A stretch of DNA of 63,841 bases, filler included, from Reclinomonas americana ATCC 50394 (taxonomy: Eukaryota): the NCBI GenBank assembly GCA_048213135.1. It is 5 parts of 4 records of this genome, joined end to end, with 100 filler letters (N's around TTAATTAATTAA, not from the genome) between each part and the next. Parts side by side here need not be neighbours in the genome. Positions count along the whole stretch, not along the records: positions 1 to 30,364 come from PS015622.1; positions 30,465 to 56,517 come from PS015623.1; 3 more parts are not named here. One strand, 5' to 3'. The notes beneath the pieces are model-generated. The model saw only the letters and a program-made list of their open reading frames with translations, was not told where the DNA came from and did no database searches. A program made the position numbers and the translations under genes. Shown here one piece after another: positions 25,074 to 40,678 of the stretch (its first letter is position 1; each line of letters begins with the position of its first letter).

Positions 25074-28000
25074 ATGTCTGTCAGCAGCGGCATCGACACC
25101 TGCGTCGACGCTTGCATTCGCGGTGCGTGAGTGTGTGTGGCGACAACTGACGTGAACACTGGTTTTCGCGCGCTCAACACCCGCAATCACTTGCACAGAG
25201 TACCTCAGTCGTCGCAAGTACAAACAGACACTGGCGGCGTTCGACGCAGAGAATGTGCGTCTTTCTTGTTCACTGTGTGTGTGTCTCTCTCTCTCTTTCT
25301 CACAGTGCATCGCAGCCTCGCAACTCCTCGTCGATCTCTTCTCGAGGCGAGCTCGCCAAGCGTCTGTGCATTCAGTCCATCATCAAAGCCAATGAGAAGC
25401 GAGGTCGGCACTACTCTCGCACTCTCGCCGTGTGCCTCAAGCCTCATCGCGCTTGCACAGATCCACCACTGGTCTCCTTCTTGGAGATGATCGTGTGGCA
25501 TTTCATGGAGATTGCCGAGATCAAGAAGGAGAAGAAGCGACCGTCGACGGCGGCGGCTGCGGTGGAGGAGAGCAATGAGCGAGAGGAGGAGGTACGCAAG
25601 CCAGTGCGACCGGCATCGGCGCACGGCAACCGACCGCGCATGCCCGAGAGCGACGGAGCAGCAGCAGAGGCACCGCCGGCTGCTGCGAGCAAGGCTGGAT
25701 CGCTGCAAGTGCCGGCCTGTTTCGTCCACACGCCTTGTTGATGATGTTGGTGGTCACACTCACAAGGCATGTGTGTGCTTGCAGTCTTGTCCAAGCGACC
25801 GACGTCGGCACCGAGTGCGGCCACCAAGGCTGCCGAGCGAGAGGTTTTTTATTTGTAACGATGCTGTCGATGATCGTGTTGTCTCTCCCCACTCACTCGT
25901 GACATATCTTTTGACAGGCGTGTGTCATTGTGAAAAAGACGGGCGAAACCATCTATCGCTACCCCGGTCAGATCCACGGGTGCGCTCGTGCTGCGTTTGC
26001 CGATAACCGCCTCGGAGTTGTCTTCTTATTGTGTTTTGTAGAAATTCAATGGTGCTGGAGGACCTCACCAACTGCACCGTGTGCATCTGCGATCACTGTG
26101 CGCAGATCACGGTCGACAACTGCCACGACTGTCGCATTCTGATTGGCGCCAGCAGCGGCTCTGTCTCCGTGCGCGATACGACTCGCTGCCGATTGTACAT
26201 TTGCTGGTCTGTAATACTCTGTTCTTTCTGTTTCCCCTGCTGGCGCCTCACCACTTTCCTCTGTCGTCGTCATCGCATACAGCAAGCAGTTCCGTACACG
26301 TGGTCTCACCGACTCGGATGTGTGGATCTACTGCAAGACCGATCCGGGAATTGAGGATGCGACCAACCTGCGCTTCGGTCCGTTCAACGCGTTTTATCCA
26401 CGCGCCGACGAACACTTTGACGTTGCGCAGCCCCATCATGCCCCTTCCCCCAACTCCTGCTGATCGTCGCCGCAGGCCGCAAATCTCGAACGCGAGACCG
26501 ATCGTCACGAGTTTGTGTACGATTTCAGTCCGCAAGCCACCCGCGACTTCCCGCTGCCACACTGGCGCGAGATGACGCCCGCCGAGGCCGCTGCCGAGTG
26601 GATCATTGAGCTCCCGGAACCACCGGCCGGCTCGCCAGTGAAGCCGGAGAACTGGGGACCCCCCGTGCATCCCGTCGACCCGCAACGTCGTCCAACTGCA
26701 GTTTCGCGCCAAAATTCCCGTGCGCTGCGGTGAGTCACTCACAGATCCACACGCGCTCATGTCACGCCCGAGAATAACGCGCGAGACTGTGTACTGGTCT
26801 GCCTGAGGGAGAGAGAGAGCGCGCGCTGGGAGAAGAAGAAGGGAGGTGAAGAAAGTGCTGACTGTGTGTGTGATCAGGGAGGATGATCCGACGCCGCCCA
26901 CTCGATCCAGTGCATTCGGTGCTTCCTCATCTGCTGGCTCATCTTCTGCACCACGTGGAGCAGCAGCAGCAGGTGGAGGAGGAGGAGGAGGACGCGGTCT
27001 CTTTGCAGACACTGCAAGTGCTGTGCCATCATCTCTGCGCAAAGGTGATTGGATGCACGCAGATGCGCGTTGTCTCTCCCTCCTTCTGTGTTGCTCACTC
27101 TGCACATGTGTATACACACAGGTGACAGCGATGACGAGGATGATGGGCCACCGGCTGTGTTCCGCCGACCTTCGGCTGCTGCGGGTGGACGCAAGTCATC
27201 GTTGCGCATCTCTCTTTCCCTCTTGTCTCGTCCCTCATTGACACTGCGGTTACAGTCATGGAGCGGTCGATGCCGACGAGACTCCCATGAAGGTCAACGA
27301 AGTGATGGAGGAGGAGGATTTGGACGACGAGTTGGAGGAGTTGGATCGTTGCGTCTGTCCCTTTCCTCATCCTTCCTCACCCATGGGCTGACGCGGCGAG
27401 CAGGCGTGTCGCGTCCGGCTGGTGGAGCACGAAGCAGTGCCGGCGGTGCTGGACCGTCGACTGGCCCGCGCACTGTCAATATGCAGCGTGCGGAGCAGTT
27501 GACACCCGCTGTCAGCCGTCAACTTCGCTTGTTGCGTGGCGTGGGCGCCTGTGCTGTCGATGCCACGTTCCTGACCTGCCGCGTGCGTATATGTTTTTTC
27601 CGCGCGTAGGTTGCTGCTGGGTGAGCGGCTGTTGACGCCAGACTCGTGGCTGCAACAAGGATTGTTTTTCGAGACCAAGCAGGGCCTGCATTTTGGATTG
27701 GTCCAGAACAACGTGAGTGACGACGATGTGCATGGGGACTCTGTTGGAAGGCTGTCAACTCAGTACATGTGTGCCACCGCAGGGCGGCCCGTGTGGCGTG
27801 CTGGCGTGCATCAACGCGTACATTGTTTATTACATTTTGTTTGTGGAGCGTCGTGGCAACAGGTGTGATCGTATATGCTCTTGTCCTCTTCCACGCCCAC
27901 GAGACACTGAATGCGTTTCTATCGCACCCTGCAGTTTCCCGCAAGTGGCGGAGCACATGCAACGATCGGCTTTGGTTTATGCCATCACCGAGGTCATTTG

Positions 28001-29101
28001 GAACGTGGCCGAGGAGACAGGTGGAAATCGCGCTGTGATTGCCATGTTGCGTCGTGCGCACTCTCACGCTCTCTCTGTTAACCTTGCTTCATTCTCACAA
28101 TGTGCACTCGGCTCTCCCTGCAGTCCCGGCAAGGCACGCAGTCGCAATGACATTAATTTCGAGCAGGTGCGCTCGATCATCGTGGACAGCAAGGCGCAAG
28201 TGTCGGAGACCGTCGAGCAGCATCTGGCGTCGGTGAGTCCCTCGCCTAAAGCTTGTACGCATCGCCCTCCCTCAGTTTCATCACCGCCTTCTCATTATCT
28301 TTGATGACAGTTCCAAGAACGCGAAGGCCTCGGCGTGTTCATGGTCGCCATTAGCTGCGTGCTGACGCGCGGCATTGATCGTGTGCGGGCCGACATGGAT
28401 ACGCTGGTGTCGGACACGACGCTGATCTCGCAGCGCGGATACTGCTCGCAGGTATGCACTCACGCTTCGTAGTTTCTGTGCGCACATCAGACACAATGCC
28501 TGACTCGCACCGTCAGGAAATGATCAATCTCATGCTCGTCGGCCGCGCCTCGACCAACGTGTTTGACGGAATTCGCAAGCTTGAGGGTACGTTTTGTCGC
28601 GCAGCACTTTCCCGTCTCCTCCGCACTAACGTGTCGTGCAGGCGAAAGCATTGAGCTCAAGGGCATCCACAAGCGCTCCAAGGTCGGCTTCCTGACGCTG
28701 TTTGAGAAGTACGGGCACATGGAGGTCGGCGCGCACTACAAGGAGCCTGTGAGCCCTATCTGGGTCATTTGCAGCGAGAGCCACTACACCATCCTGTTCG
28801 CCAAGGAAGACATTCCATCGCGCCAACAGCAGCGCGGTCGCTTTGATCTGTGGTACTACGATCAGCTGGCGCAGCAGGATTCGTCCATCATTCTCACAAT
28901 CGGTGTGTGTGTGGTGTCTCTGTCTCCTCTCTCTTCGCACTCGCTCACTCACTCTCCTTGTGCCGTCGCGCAGACACCAGCAATCACGACTTCCAGCCAC
29001 CAGACAGCGACAAGGAGCTGGTGCCGCCAATCGACGACGTGATTCGCACCAAGTGGAAGCACGGGCAGGTGGATTGGAACGGCACACAACCCTTCCTGTA
29101 A
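25074..29101 (+). CDS. MINDY4-like deubiquitinase with N-terminal LisH-like region and internal RP2/TBCC domain
   Basis: CIREYLSRRKYKQTLAAFD..ISSRGEL; TBCC region GETIYRYPGQ..CKQFRTR..DPGIE..VYDF; MINDY region GLVQNNGGPCGVLA, GYCSQEMINLMLVGRA, PIWVICSESHYTILF, FDLWYYDQLA, PPIDDVIRTKW; continuous in-frame splicing. Confidence 0.85.
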
Positions 29102-29133
29102 AAAAAGCACCATTCTTCATTTTGATTACCTCT

Positions 29134-30257
29134 CTATGATTGGGGTTGGTCGTCGGCTGATGGTTTCGGTCTTTTTCGCTCTGGACTCGACGTGGAGTCG
29201 CCAACCTCATCGCTCGCCACGCCCGCGGCATCGGCAGCCGAGGGACTGCGCGATCGCTTGGTGGTGACAGGAGCAGCAGCAGCAGCAGCAGCAGCGTCGA
29301 CCTCCAACTCTGCGTCAAAGCTCGCTGCATATCTGGCCTCGATCGCCGCCACCGCCTCGGCCGCCTTTGCACGCATGATAGCAGGCGACACGGTCGGCGC
29401 CGCCACCGACTCCTGCAACGATGCCACCGCCCTCGCTCCGGCCTTCTTGCTCCGCATGCGCATCAGCTGCGCCTGAATCGCCGCCATTTGCGACGCCGCA
29501 CTGCGCATCGCCACAGTCACATGAGCAGCCACATCACGCGCAGAGAACAACAACAACAACGACAAAGCAACGCACGCAGAGGCAGCCTTGGCCGGCGCCG
29601 GCTTCTCCGCCTCCTTCTTCTTCGTCTTCTCCTCGCCCGTCGCCGGCTGCTGCGCCTCCGGCCGCTGCGCAACACGCATGATGAGCAGCATGGCCACTTG
29701 TCGCCCACTCATACAACACACGTACTCACCCGATCCTCCCAAAACTTCACTATCAGTCGTCGCCCCAAGAACTCCGTGCCGTTCAACTCTTCGATCGCTC
29801 GCTCCGCATCCTACATGCATTGTGAGCACACGCAGGGCGGGGAGAGTGTGTGTGTAAGAGTGAGAGTGAGAGACCTCACGCGTCTCATACTCGACCACCG
29901 CGTAGCCTCGTGGCTCTCCACGACGCGGACCACTCGTGTGAAACATGTACTCCAGTCGCGCAATCTTCCCGACTGGCGAGAACTTTTGCAGCACGTGAAT
30001 CCTGCGTGGCGCAGTCAGTCTGTGAGTAACTGGCATGAAAGAGAGAGAGAGAGAACGCAACTCGCGTGCTCTCAAGTCCAAGTTTCCCACAAACAGCTTG
30101 CATTCGACATTCTCCGCGCGTTCCTCTTTGGAGAACAGGTGCTCGCCAGTGCGCTCATAAGCCTATACACACACAGAGTGTGTAAGTGACAGAGAGACAG
30201 GCTCACACACGCAGAGAGAAGCGCAACTCGATCACGAAAGCGACCGCGACTGCTCAT
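29134..30257 (-). CDS. RBM18: RRM protein, RBM18-like
   Basis: KLFVGNLDLRAREIHVLQKFSPVGKIARLEYMFHTSGPRRGEPRGYAVVEY; C-terminal AAIQAQLMRM. Confidence 0.82.
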
Positions 30258-30364
30258 AAACGAAGTGAGAGAGTGAAGAGGTGGCGCAATTTCGTTTCAC
30301 ACGCGCGCGAAACTTTCTTTGACGCACCTCACACGCGTCACTCTCTCACTCACTCTCACTCACA

Positions 30365-30464
30365 NNNNNNNNNNNNNNNNNNNNNNNNNNNNNNNNNNNN
30401 NNNNNNNNTTAATTAATTAANNNNNNNNNNNNNNNNNNNNNNNNNNNNNNNNNNNNNNNNNNNN
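30365..30464. other. Artificial scaffold spacer (N44-TTAATTAATTAA-N44)
   Basis: All-frame stop linker at 30409-30420 inside N runs; the same linker occurs at 56562, 59799 and 62568. Confidence 0.95.
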
Positions 30465-30509
30465 ACCTCCAAACAAATGACCATCATTGCATGTCTTTCT
30501 TTGCTTCTC

Positions 30510-31287
30510 ACCAGCAGTAAAGTACGACTGCAGCTGGAGGCTCTGGTACACGGCCTTGATGATGCGCGGCAACATCGACGCGGTGTTGTTCTCGCGCAGG
30601 TACACGGCGCGCTCGTCAGCCGGCATGTCCATAATCTGCGACGGCAAGAAAGACAAAATGAGCCTCACAAAGACAACTGTCTCACGTGCAGAGTGATGAT
30701 TGTTGGCAAACCTTCTTCTCAAACACAGCGCTAAAGGGAATGAGCGGTTCGCCACTGTGTCCCTGCACCCACTCGGCCACCGGCTTCAACCACTTGTTCT
30801 TCTTGCGCAGGTAGTCGTTCTCCGACAGATTGATGAGGTACACGGCGGGCTTGGCGGTCAGCAGCTGCAGCTGATTCAACACGTCAATCTCGTCGCGGTT
30901 CCAGTCGCCCAGTCGGATCTCCTTTCCGGTCTCGTTCAGCCACTCGCGAATGTGGCAAATCGATTCCTGTTGTTGGGTGAATCAAAAGGCGATTTGAGTG
31001 GTCGTGCAATGCAGAAGGAGGTTTCGCATGGCGGGAGAAACGCAACCCATTCAGCCTTCCTGTCCTTCAGCAGTCCACGCGCGTGCTCACGCTCCAGCAC
31101 CGCGTACCTTGCCTCCATTGTCTCCTTGTCCTGCACACACTCTTTCGTCAGTCGCAAAGGCCACGGAAAGCGCAGCGACGCTCAGACAATGAACCTTGGC
31201 CAGCAACTCGTCGCGAATGATTTCCAAGTCGCGCACCGGATTCACGTCCACCTCCTCGTGTGGTACATCGACATCGTCGAAGCCGCC
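30510..31287 (-). CDS. OLA1: Obg-like ATPase 1 (YchF family), internal fragment
   Basis: VNPVRDLEIIRDELLAKD, LLTAKPAVYLINLSENDYLRKKNKWL, IPFS, SMLPRIIK..LQSYFTAG. Confidence 0.92.
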
Positions 31288-31455
31288 TGTGTCATATTCA
31301 GAGATTAGTGGGGGAAGGAGGGTGGGAAAGAGGGAAGGAGAGGGAGAGAGAGAGACAGGGAAGGGAGGTTGGGAGAGAGGGAGAGGGAGAGGGAGACAGG
31401 GAAGGGAGGGCGGGTAAGAGGGAAAGAGGGAAAGTGTGTGTATGTGTGTGTGTGC

Positions 31456-31533
<78 letters not shown>

Positions 31534-32076
31534 GAGGAGGAGGAGGAGGAGGAGGAGGAGGAGGTAGGAGGAGGAGGAGGAGGAGGAGNNNNNNNNNNNN
31601 NNNNNNNNNNNNNNNNNNNNNNNNNNNNNNNNNNNNNNNNNNNNNNNNNNNNNNNNNNNNNNNNNNNNNNNNNNNNNNNNNNNNNNNNNNNNNNNNNNNN
31701 NNNNNNNNNNNNNNNNNNNNNNNNNNNNNNNNNNNNNNNNNNNNNNNNNNNNNNNNNNNNNNNNNNNNNNNNNNNNNNNNNNNNNNNNNNNNNNNNNNNN
31801 NNNNNNNNNNNNNNNNNNNNNNNNNNNNNNNNNNNNNNNNNNNNNNNNNNNNNNNNNNNNNNNNNNNNNNNNNNNNNNNNNNNNNNNNNNNNNNNNNNNN
31901 NNNNNNNNNNNNNNNNNNNNNNNNNNNNNNNNNNNNNNNNNNNNNNNNNNNNNNNNNNNNNNNNNNNNNNNNNNNNNNNNNNNNNNNNNNNNNNNNNNNN
32001 NNNNNNNNNNACTGCACGATCAATGGTGAGCGTTTGGATCACAAAGAACAGAGACGCAAAGCGGACTGCTTCACAC

Positions 32077-32325
32077 CGTGTCGCGGCAGTGGCTGGAACG
32101 GGTGCGGCTGGTAGTGGCGGTGGTTGTGGTGGCTCGTCGAAACTGCTAGTTAGATCAACGTATGGCGCTGGTTGTTGTTGTTGTTGTTGTTGTGCAGCGG
32201 CGGCGGCGACGGCAGCAGCGGCGGCGGCAGCAGCAGCGCCTGCACCAGAAGAAGAAAGCGGTGCTGCGAGAGGAGTTGCCGGGCGAGACGCTCCTGCTGA
32301 TGGCGGCAGTGGTGGTGGCAGACTC

Positions 32326-32373
<48 letters not shown>

Positions 32374-32690
32374 AGGCGAGTCAGTGGGGTCGTTCAGCAG
32401 TGACCCTCCCCGTCTCTCTGTCTCCCGTACCAGCTTGTGCGGCGCGGAAGCAAGCAGTGGTCCCACAGACGGATGTGCCTCCCACGACGCCGATCCTGCT
32501 TGGCAGTGAGGGCAAGCGCCAGCTCCCTCTCTCTCTCTCTTCTCAACCTCGACACGCAACTCATGGACACTCTCTCGCCCTCCAGCTCGCACAGATCGGG
32601 CAGGTTGAGCACCGACAGACACGCGCCAAACTTGTCGGCGGCCAAGCGATCAATCTCACGCTGATACTCAATCACTTGATGATCGAAGCT
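32077..32690 (-). CDS. Exons in an apparently inverted contig, probably the N-terminal part of the FIGNL1-like gene
   Basis: Minus-strand exons (FDHQVIEYQREIDRLAADKFG; SLPPPLPPSAG...QQQQPAPYVDL) end in a GT donor facing the left gap; the next contig starts mid-gene in Pro-rich plus-strand sequence. Confidence 0.5.
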
Positions 32691-32803
32691 GTGAAACACA
32701 CAAACACACACACACGCACACGCACACGCACACATGCGCACTGTCAACACACACACAGCAGAGAGAGCACACATTCACACAAANNNNNNNNNNNNNNNNN
32801 NNN

Positions 32804-35265
<2,462 letters not shown>

Positions 35266-35298
35266 TCAATACGCGCAATACACACGCAAAACATGATT

Positions 35299-36407
35299 TC
35301 ATTTCTTCGGCGTCCCTGGTGGCGACGGCAGCGTTGGCACGGCCGTCACCGGCACAATCGACCGCGGTGACACGGCAGTAGGCAATGTGACAGGTGGCGG
35401 CGGCAGCAGCGACAGTAAAGGTGGCGCAGCCATGAGCGCACTGGCTGCCATCGTGGCCGTCACGGTGCCTGGTGGGTGATGTGTGGGTGCCGGATGATGA
35501 TGATGTTGCTGTTGCTGCTGCTGCTGGTGTACCACCGCCACTGCCAGTGGTGGCACTGCTGGAGGAGGTGCTGGTGCTGCCGCCACCACCGTCGGCTGCG
35601 TACATGTCACCGCCGCCGCCGCCGCAGGTGCGTCGTCGACGCGCGCCTGCACACCACAGTCCACAATCCGCACCTCGCTCTTCACCATCCCAATCGACGT
35701 TCCCTCACGCTCCACCAGCTCCAGAATCTCCATGCCGCGCACCACGCGACCAAATACCACGTGTTTGCCATCCAGCCACTCCATCGGCGACATGATGAAG
35801 AAGAACTGCGCGCACAATGTCAATCGCCTGCTGACTGTGAGACAAGAGCAATGAGAGACGGACGCGCCTGTGAGCCATTCGTGTCGGGCCCGGCATTGGC
35901 CATCGAGAGAAGCCCACGCTGATCGTGATGCAAGCGGAAGCTCTCGTCGGGAAAGCGCGATCCGTAAATGCTCTCACCACCAGTGCCGTCGCCACGCACA
36001 ATGTCACCGCCCTGAATCAACTGTTGCACGAGAAGGTGAGAAGGCGAGAGAGACAGAAGGTGTGTGTAATGGACGCAACAGCCTTGGGAATGACGCGGTG
36101 AAAGGGACATCCCTTGTAGTGCAACACTACGCGCGCGCATGTGAGTGAGCGAGCGAAGATGACAACAACAACAACAATGACTTACCTTTGCGTGAGCGAC
36201 CAAGGCCCTTCTCGCCTGTACACAGTGCACGGAAATTCTCGGCGGTGCGTGGCACCACGTTGGCGTACAACTCGCACACAACGCGACCAATCACTCGCCC
36301 ACCAATCCCAATCTCAAGAAACCTGTCATCGCGTCAGTGAGAGAGAGAGAGAGGAGAGACGCGCACACACAAAGACGCAACACGTGAGGATTGCCCTGCG
36401 CTGACAT
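35299..36407 (-). CDS. Cyclophilin-type peptidyl-prolyl isomerase with low-complexity C-terminal tail
   Basis: [80 protein letters not shown]. Confidence 0.93.
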
Positions 36408-36488
36408 CGCGTGAAACCAAGACGACTTGAGAGACGAAAATACGCGAGGTCGACATCGACTTGTGACTGTGTCTGTGTGCGCGTGTCA

Positions 36489-39146
36489 ATGGAGGAGGCC
36501 GACAAGCTGCTGAGCGCCGAGCAGCGTCCGGGTGGTGTGGTGACTGCCGTGCACTTCATCACACGCGATGCATCAGCCGCGTTGCCGGCGACAGATGATG
36601 GTGTTTTGCACGTGCACATGCACATCACCAACCTTGACACACTCACACAAGCGCGTGTGTGTAGGCATTGGAATGGTGGCGCGACTGGTGAAGCAGGCGC
36701 GGTATGCAAGTGGAGACAGTGGCAAGTCGGCGGCGCTGCATGCACTGGCGCAGATGCTTCCGCGACTGCCGGCGGTGCATGTGGCCGCGTGTGTCGAGTC
36801 CCTCGTGCAGCTCATCATGCAGACCATTCAGCGTGCGGGAGAGCCGTCTGTTGCAGCCATGGCCGCTGCATGTGCGCTCTTCTCCACGGTCAATCACTGG
36901 CAGCGCGTGGGCGGGCCCAGTGAGCCCCGACGAATGCTCGTGGATATGACGGCAAAGATCGTCTCCAAGTTGCGGGCCCCGCTTCCCGCGCGTATGGCTT
37001 ACACTGCTGCTCATGCGTATATGCAGAGCGATTACTGCAGCTGCAGGGGCGCCAGATGTGCAGCTGGCGACGCTGGCGCTGATTCAGCATGCGGGCGAGG
37101 AGTTTGGGACGGTGTTGCGACCGCAGACGCAGCGGATTGTGGAGTTTGCGCAGCCGTTGATGTTCTCGGCGGAGGCGGTGTTGCGCGAGCGTGCGGCCGA
37201 GTGTTTGGCGTTGAGTGTGCGCATTGCGCCGGCCAATGAGCAGCGCAAGAGCATCATGCAGGCGGCGCTGGATTCGTTCGAGTCGGCCGTCTCGGTGCTG
37301 ACCAAGATGGTGGATCCGAGCTTCTCTTGCACTGCGGCCATGCTCAAACTCGATCCAGTGATTCTCGGTGCGTGTTGCACGTGGACCATACAGGAGGAAG
37401 CAAGCAGGCACTCACTCGCACCGCTGCAGATGGCGGATCGGCGATGCTCGCCAACCAGCTGGACAGCCTGGCGTGCCTGCTCTCTCGTCTCTTTTGCATT
37501 CCGGAAATGGCCATTCCGGCGGTGCGAGTGATTCGCCTGGCGGAGGCGGCCGCCGGTCTGGATCTGTCGTGTCGGGTGGTGACGGGCCGACAGGCGATTG
37601 ATTTGCCGCTGCCGACCTCGGCGTACGCGCTGCTTGTACCGTCGGTTCATTTGTGTGCGCTGCGTGTGGTGGTGTCGCTGGTACGCCAATGTCAGCGACA
37701 GCTGGCCCCTCTGTGCAAGCGCCTCATGGATGTGCTGGTGCGCGAGCTGGAGACGTGGGACGCAGTGTCGCAGTTGAGTCGCACCACCTGTCACTCGCCC
37801 GTGTTGTCCATGTCGGTGACATTTGTGTGTGCAGTGTCGAGCTGCGTTGCGAGGTGTACGGAGCGCTGTCGCTGATGGCGTCGTTGTTTGGATCGACGGT
37901 GACGAAGCAGCTGGTCAGCCGTGTGCTGCCCAGCATCGATCGGGATGTGTCTGCGGTTGCGTCACGGGTCAAGGGTCCTCGTCACCCAAATCGTGTGTCT
38001 GACGCGCACACGCAGATCGTGGCGCAAATGAGCAAGCAGGCAGGTGACAGTGGCGGTGCGACGCCGTTCCGCGTGTTCGAGGCCCGAAATGCGTGCTGTG
38101 TGGCGGCACTGGGCTGTTGCGTCTTTCTGTTGCAGCTCTCCCCCTTCCCCACCTTCTCGTGAGCTCACAGCTCGCTGCAGGTCTCGACAGCATTGTGGTC
38201 GCCTGTCCGCACGTGTTCCTCGAGGCCACAAGTTCCAGTGTGCTCGCACACTTGTTGACTCTGGTGCAGACGGTGCGACTGGCGCGGCATGCGGCGATGC
38301 ACGGCTGTGTGGTGGAGCCGGCGTACCGCAGTCTGGCTCGCACGTGCCTGCTCACCGGCGTCGCCAGTTTGCAGTACTTGCATCAGGCGGTGGCCGTGCT
38401 GCGCGAGGGTCTGACCAGTCGCCATGTGGAGGTGAGTGATGGTGGCAAGGGTCGAGAGATTTACTTGTCGCCGACCGCATGAGTACCACCAGATTGTGCG
38501 CGAGTGCCAGCAGGGTGTCGCCATTGTCGGGGCCATGCTGCAGCCGCGCGGCGCACCCCGCAGTGTGGTCGACCGGCCACCCATGCCGTCGCGCCCCGCG
38601 TTTCCCACCACCGTGACCGCGGCGGCCCCACCACCCTCATTGTCATTGTCATCATCGTCGTCGGCAGCAGCAGCGCCGGCATTGAGCTCTTACGTGCCTC
38701 GACAGCCGTCGACCTTTGGCAGCGCGTCGCGCATCACTCCGGCGGCCACCCGCAAACGACCGCTGGAGCCTGAGCGACCAGAGGACAGTGGAGCGGCGAG
38801 TGGCAGTCAGTCTGTCGCCAATGGTGTCGCCGCAGGGGAGAATGGCGACGACGACGATGACGATGTGGTGGCGGAACCCGACGCCAAGAGACCAGTTCCG
38901 TCGGTGGCTAGCGAGGTGGTGGCTCGAGTGGAACGGGCCCTGGCATCGTTCAGCCAGCAGCCACCTCCTCCTGCACCATCGGCACCTTCAGCTGCTGCCT
39001 CGTTTGCCAGCCAAGTGGACGCAGCGCACGCCTCTTCTCATCACGACGACGGCGACGAGGGCATGGGCATGATGGTCGTCGATGCGCCACCGGACGACGA
39101 CGACCTGGAGGATGACGACGATGAAGACGAGGATGAAGAAGAATAA
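36489..39146 (+). CDS. PELP1/RIX1-like HEAT-repeat ribosome biogenesis factor
   Basis: Helical Leu-rich exons, LLVPSVHLCALRVVVSLV, LRCEVYGAL, CCVAAL, terminal LQPRGAP, then a Pro/acidic tail as in PELP1. Confidence 0.65.
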
Positions 39147-39399
39147 CGATAATGAAGAGCAAGACGTGCACACCGACACACAAAAACAGACCAGCACTCT
39201 TTACTCACACGACCCTCTTCCTCTCCCCTCGCTTCATTTTCATACACACCCAGTCGGCAGACAGACAGACAGACGGACAGACGGTGGGTGGGGTAGACGA
39301 CACGGTGCACGGGGAATACAAACTCCGACAACCGGTCACAGTCACCACCACCGCCGCCGCCGCCGGTGCGACCGCCAACCTCGCACACACATTTTTTCG

Positions 39400-39564
39400 T
39401 TAGAATTCGACCAGTGGAGCACGTGGATCGGAGCACGGCTCAATGTTGGTCTTCAGACCAAACACCTTGGTGACGACGAGCTTGAAGATTTTGCTGACAT
39501 TGATGGAGTGGGAGGCCGACGAAAAGATTAGAGGTGCCTTCATGGCCTTGGCGAACTTGCGGGC
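39400..39564 (-). CDS. Spg1/Tem1 small GTPase, last exon
   Basis: ARKFAKAMKAPLIFSSASHSINVSKIFKLVVTKVF, typical Spg1/Tem1 C-terminus. Confidence 0.88.
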   Translation of the reverse strand, partial: ARKFAKAMKAPLIFSSASHSINVSKIFKLVVTKVFGLKTNIEPCSDPRAPLVEF

Positions 39565-40376
39565 CTGTGGGGGAAAAGGAAAAGGGGAAGTGAGTGGGAG
39601 AAGGGGGAGAAGGGGGATAAATGGGGGGATAAAGTGGGGGGAGAAGGGGGGAGAAGGGGGGGAAGAGAGGGGGAAGAGAGGGGGAAGAGAGGGGGAAGGA
39701 GGGGGAAGGAGGGGGAAGNNNNNNNNNNNNNNNNNNNNNNNNNNNNNNNNNNNNNNNNNNNNNNNNNNNNNNNNNNNNNNNNNNNNNNNNNNNNNNNNNN
39801 NNNNNNNNNNNNNNNNNNNNNNNNNNNNNNNNNNNNNNNNNNNNNNNNNNNNNNNNNNNNNNNNNNNNNNNNNNNNNNNNNNNNNNNNNNNNNNNNNNNN
39901 NNNNNNNNNNNNNNNNNNNNNNNNNNNNNNNNNNNNNNNNNNNNNNNNNNNNNNNNNNNNNNNNNNNNNNNNNNNNNNNNNNNNNNNNNNNNNNNNNNNN
40001 NNNNNNNNNNNNNNNNNNNNNNNNNNNNNNNNNNNNNNNNNNNNNNNNNNNNNNNNNNNNNNNNNNNNNNNNNNNNNNNNNNNNNNNNNNNNNNNNNNNN
40101 NNNNNNNNNNNNNNNNNNNNNNNNNNNNNNNNNNNNNNNNNNNNNNNNNNNNNNNNNNNNNNNNNNNNNNNNNNNNNNNNNNNNNNNNNNNNNNNNNNNN
40201 NNNNNNNNNNNNNNNNNNNNNNNNNNNNNNNNNNNNNNNNNNNNNNNNNNNNNNNNNNNNNNNNNNNNNNNNNNNNNNNNNNNNNNNNNNNNNNNNNNNN
40301 NNNNNNNNNNNNNNNNNNNNNNNNNNNNNNNNNNNNNNNNNNNNNNNNNNNNNNNNNNNNNNNNNNNNNNNNNNNN

Positions 40377-40594
40377 ATACCATGGTCTCAGACGCGCCAC
40401 CTACTCACCACTTTGAGTCACCCTCCTTTCTTTGTGTCAGTTTGTAAACGCACCTCCTCCAGCGCAGCCACGTTCTCCGGCGTTCCCACTACACTAGGAA
40501 ACACCCATCGCGGGCTCTCCTCTCCCGCAAAGCCCGCCTTCATCACTCCACTCCCATTGTCGACCACACACGGTGTTTTCTCCTCAAAATACAT
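40377..40594 (-). CDS. Divergent actin / actin-related protein, 5' exons
   Basis: [39 protein letters not shown]. Confidence 0.88.
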
Positions 40595-40678
40595 GGATGA
40601 CTGATAACGTCGCACTGGGACAATGACGTCACGGCGGACGAGCGATTGTCCACACACACACACACACACACGCACTCA

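Noticed and set aside
24970..25090. Possible 5-nt stop-to-start gap using the ATG at 24978
   Set aside because: Needs a 23-nt intron, much shorter than others here; the ATG at 25074 gives a simpler start for the MINDY fusion.
32011..32783. Antisense exons upstream of the FIGNL1-like gene
   Set aside because: Gap-bounded contig whose inversion supplies the missing N-terminal exons; probable assembly artefact.
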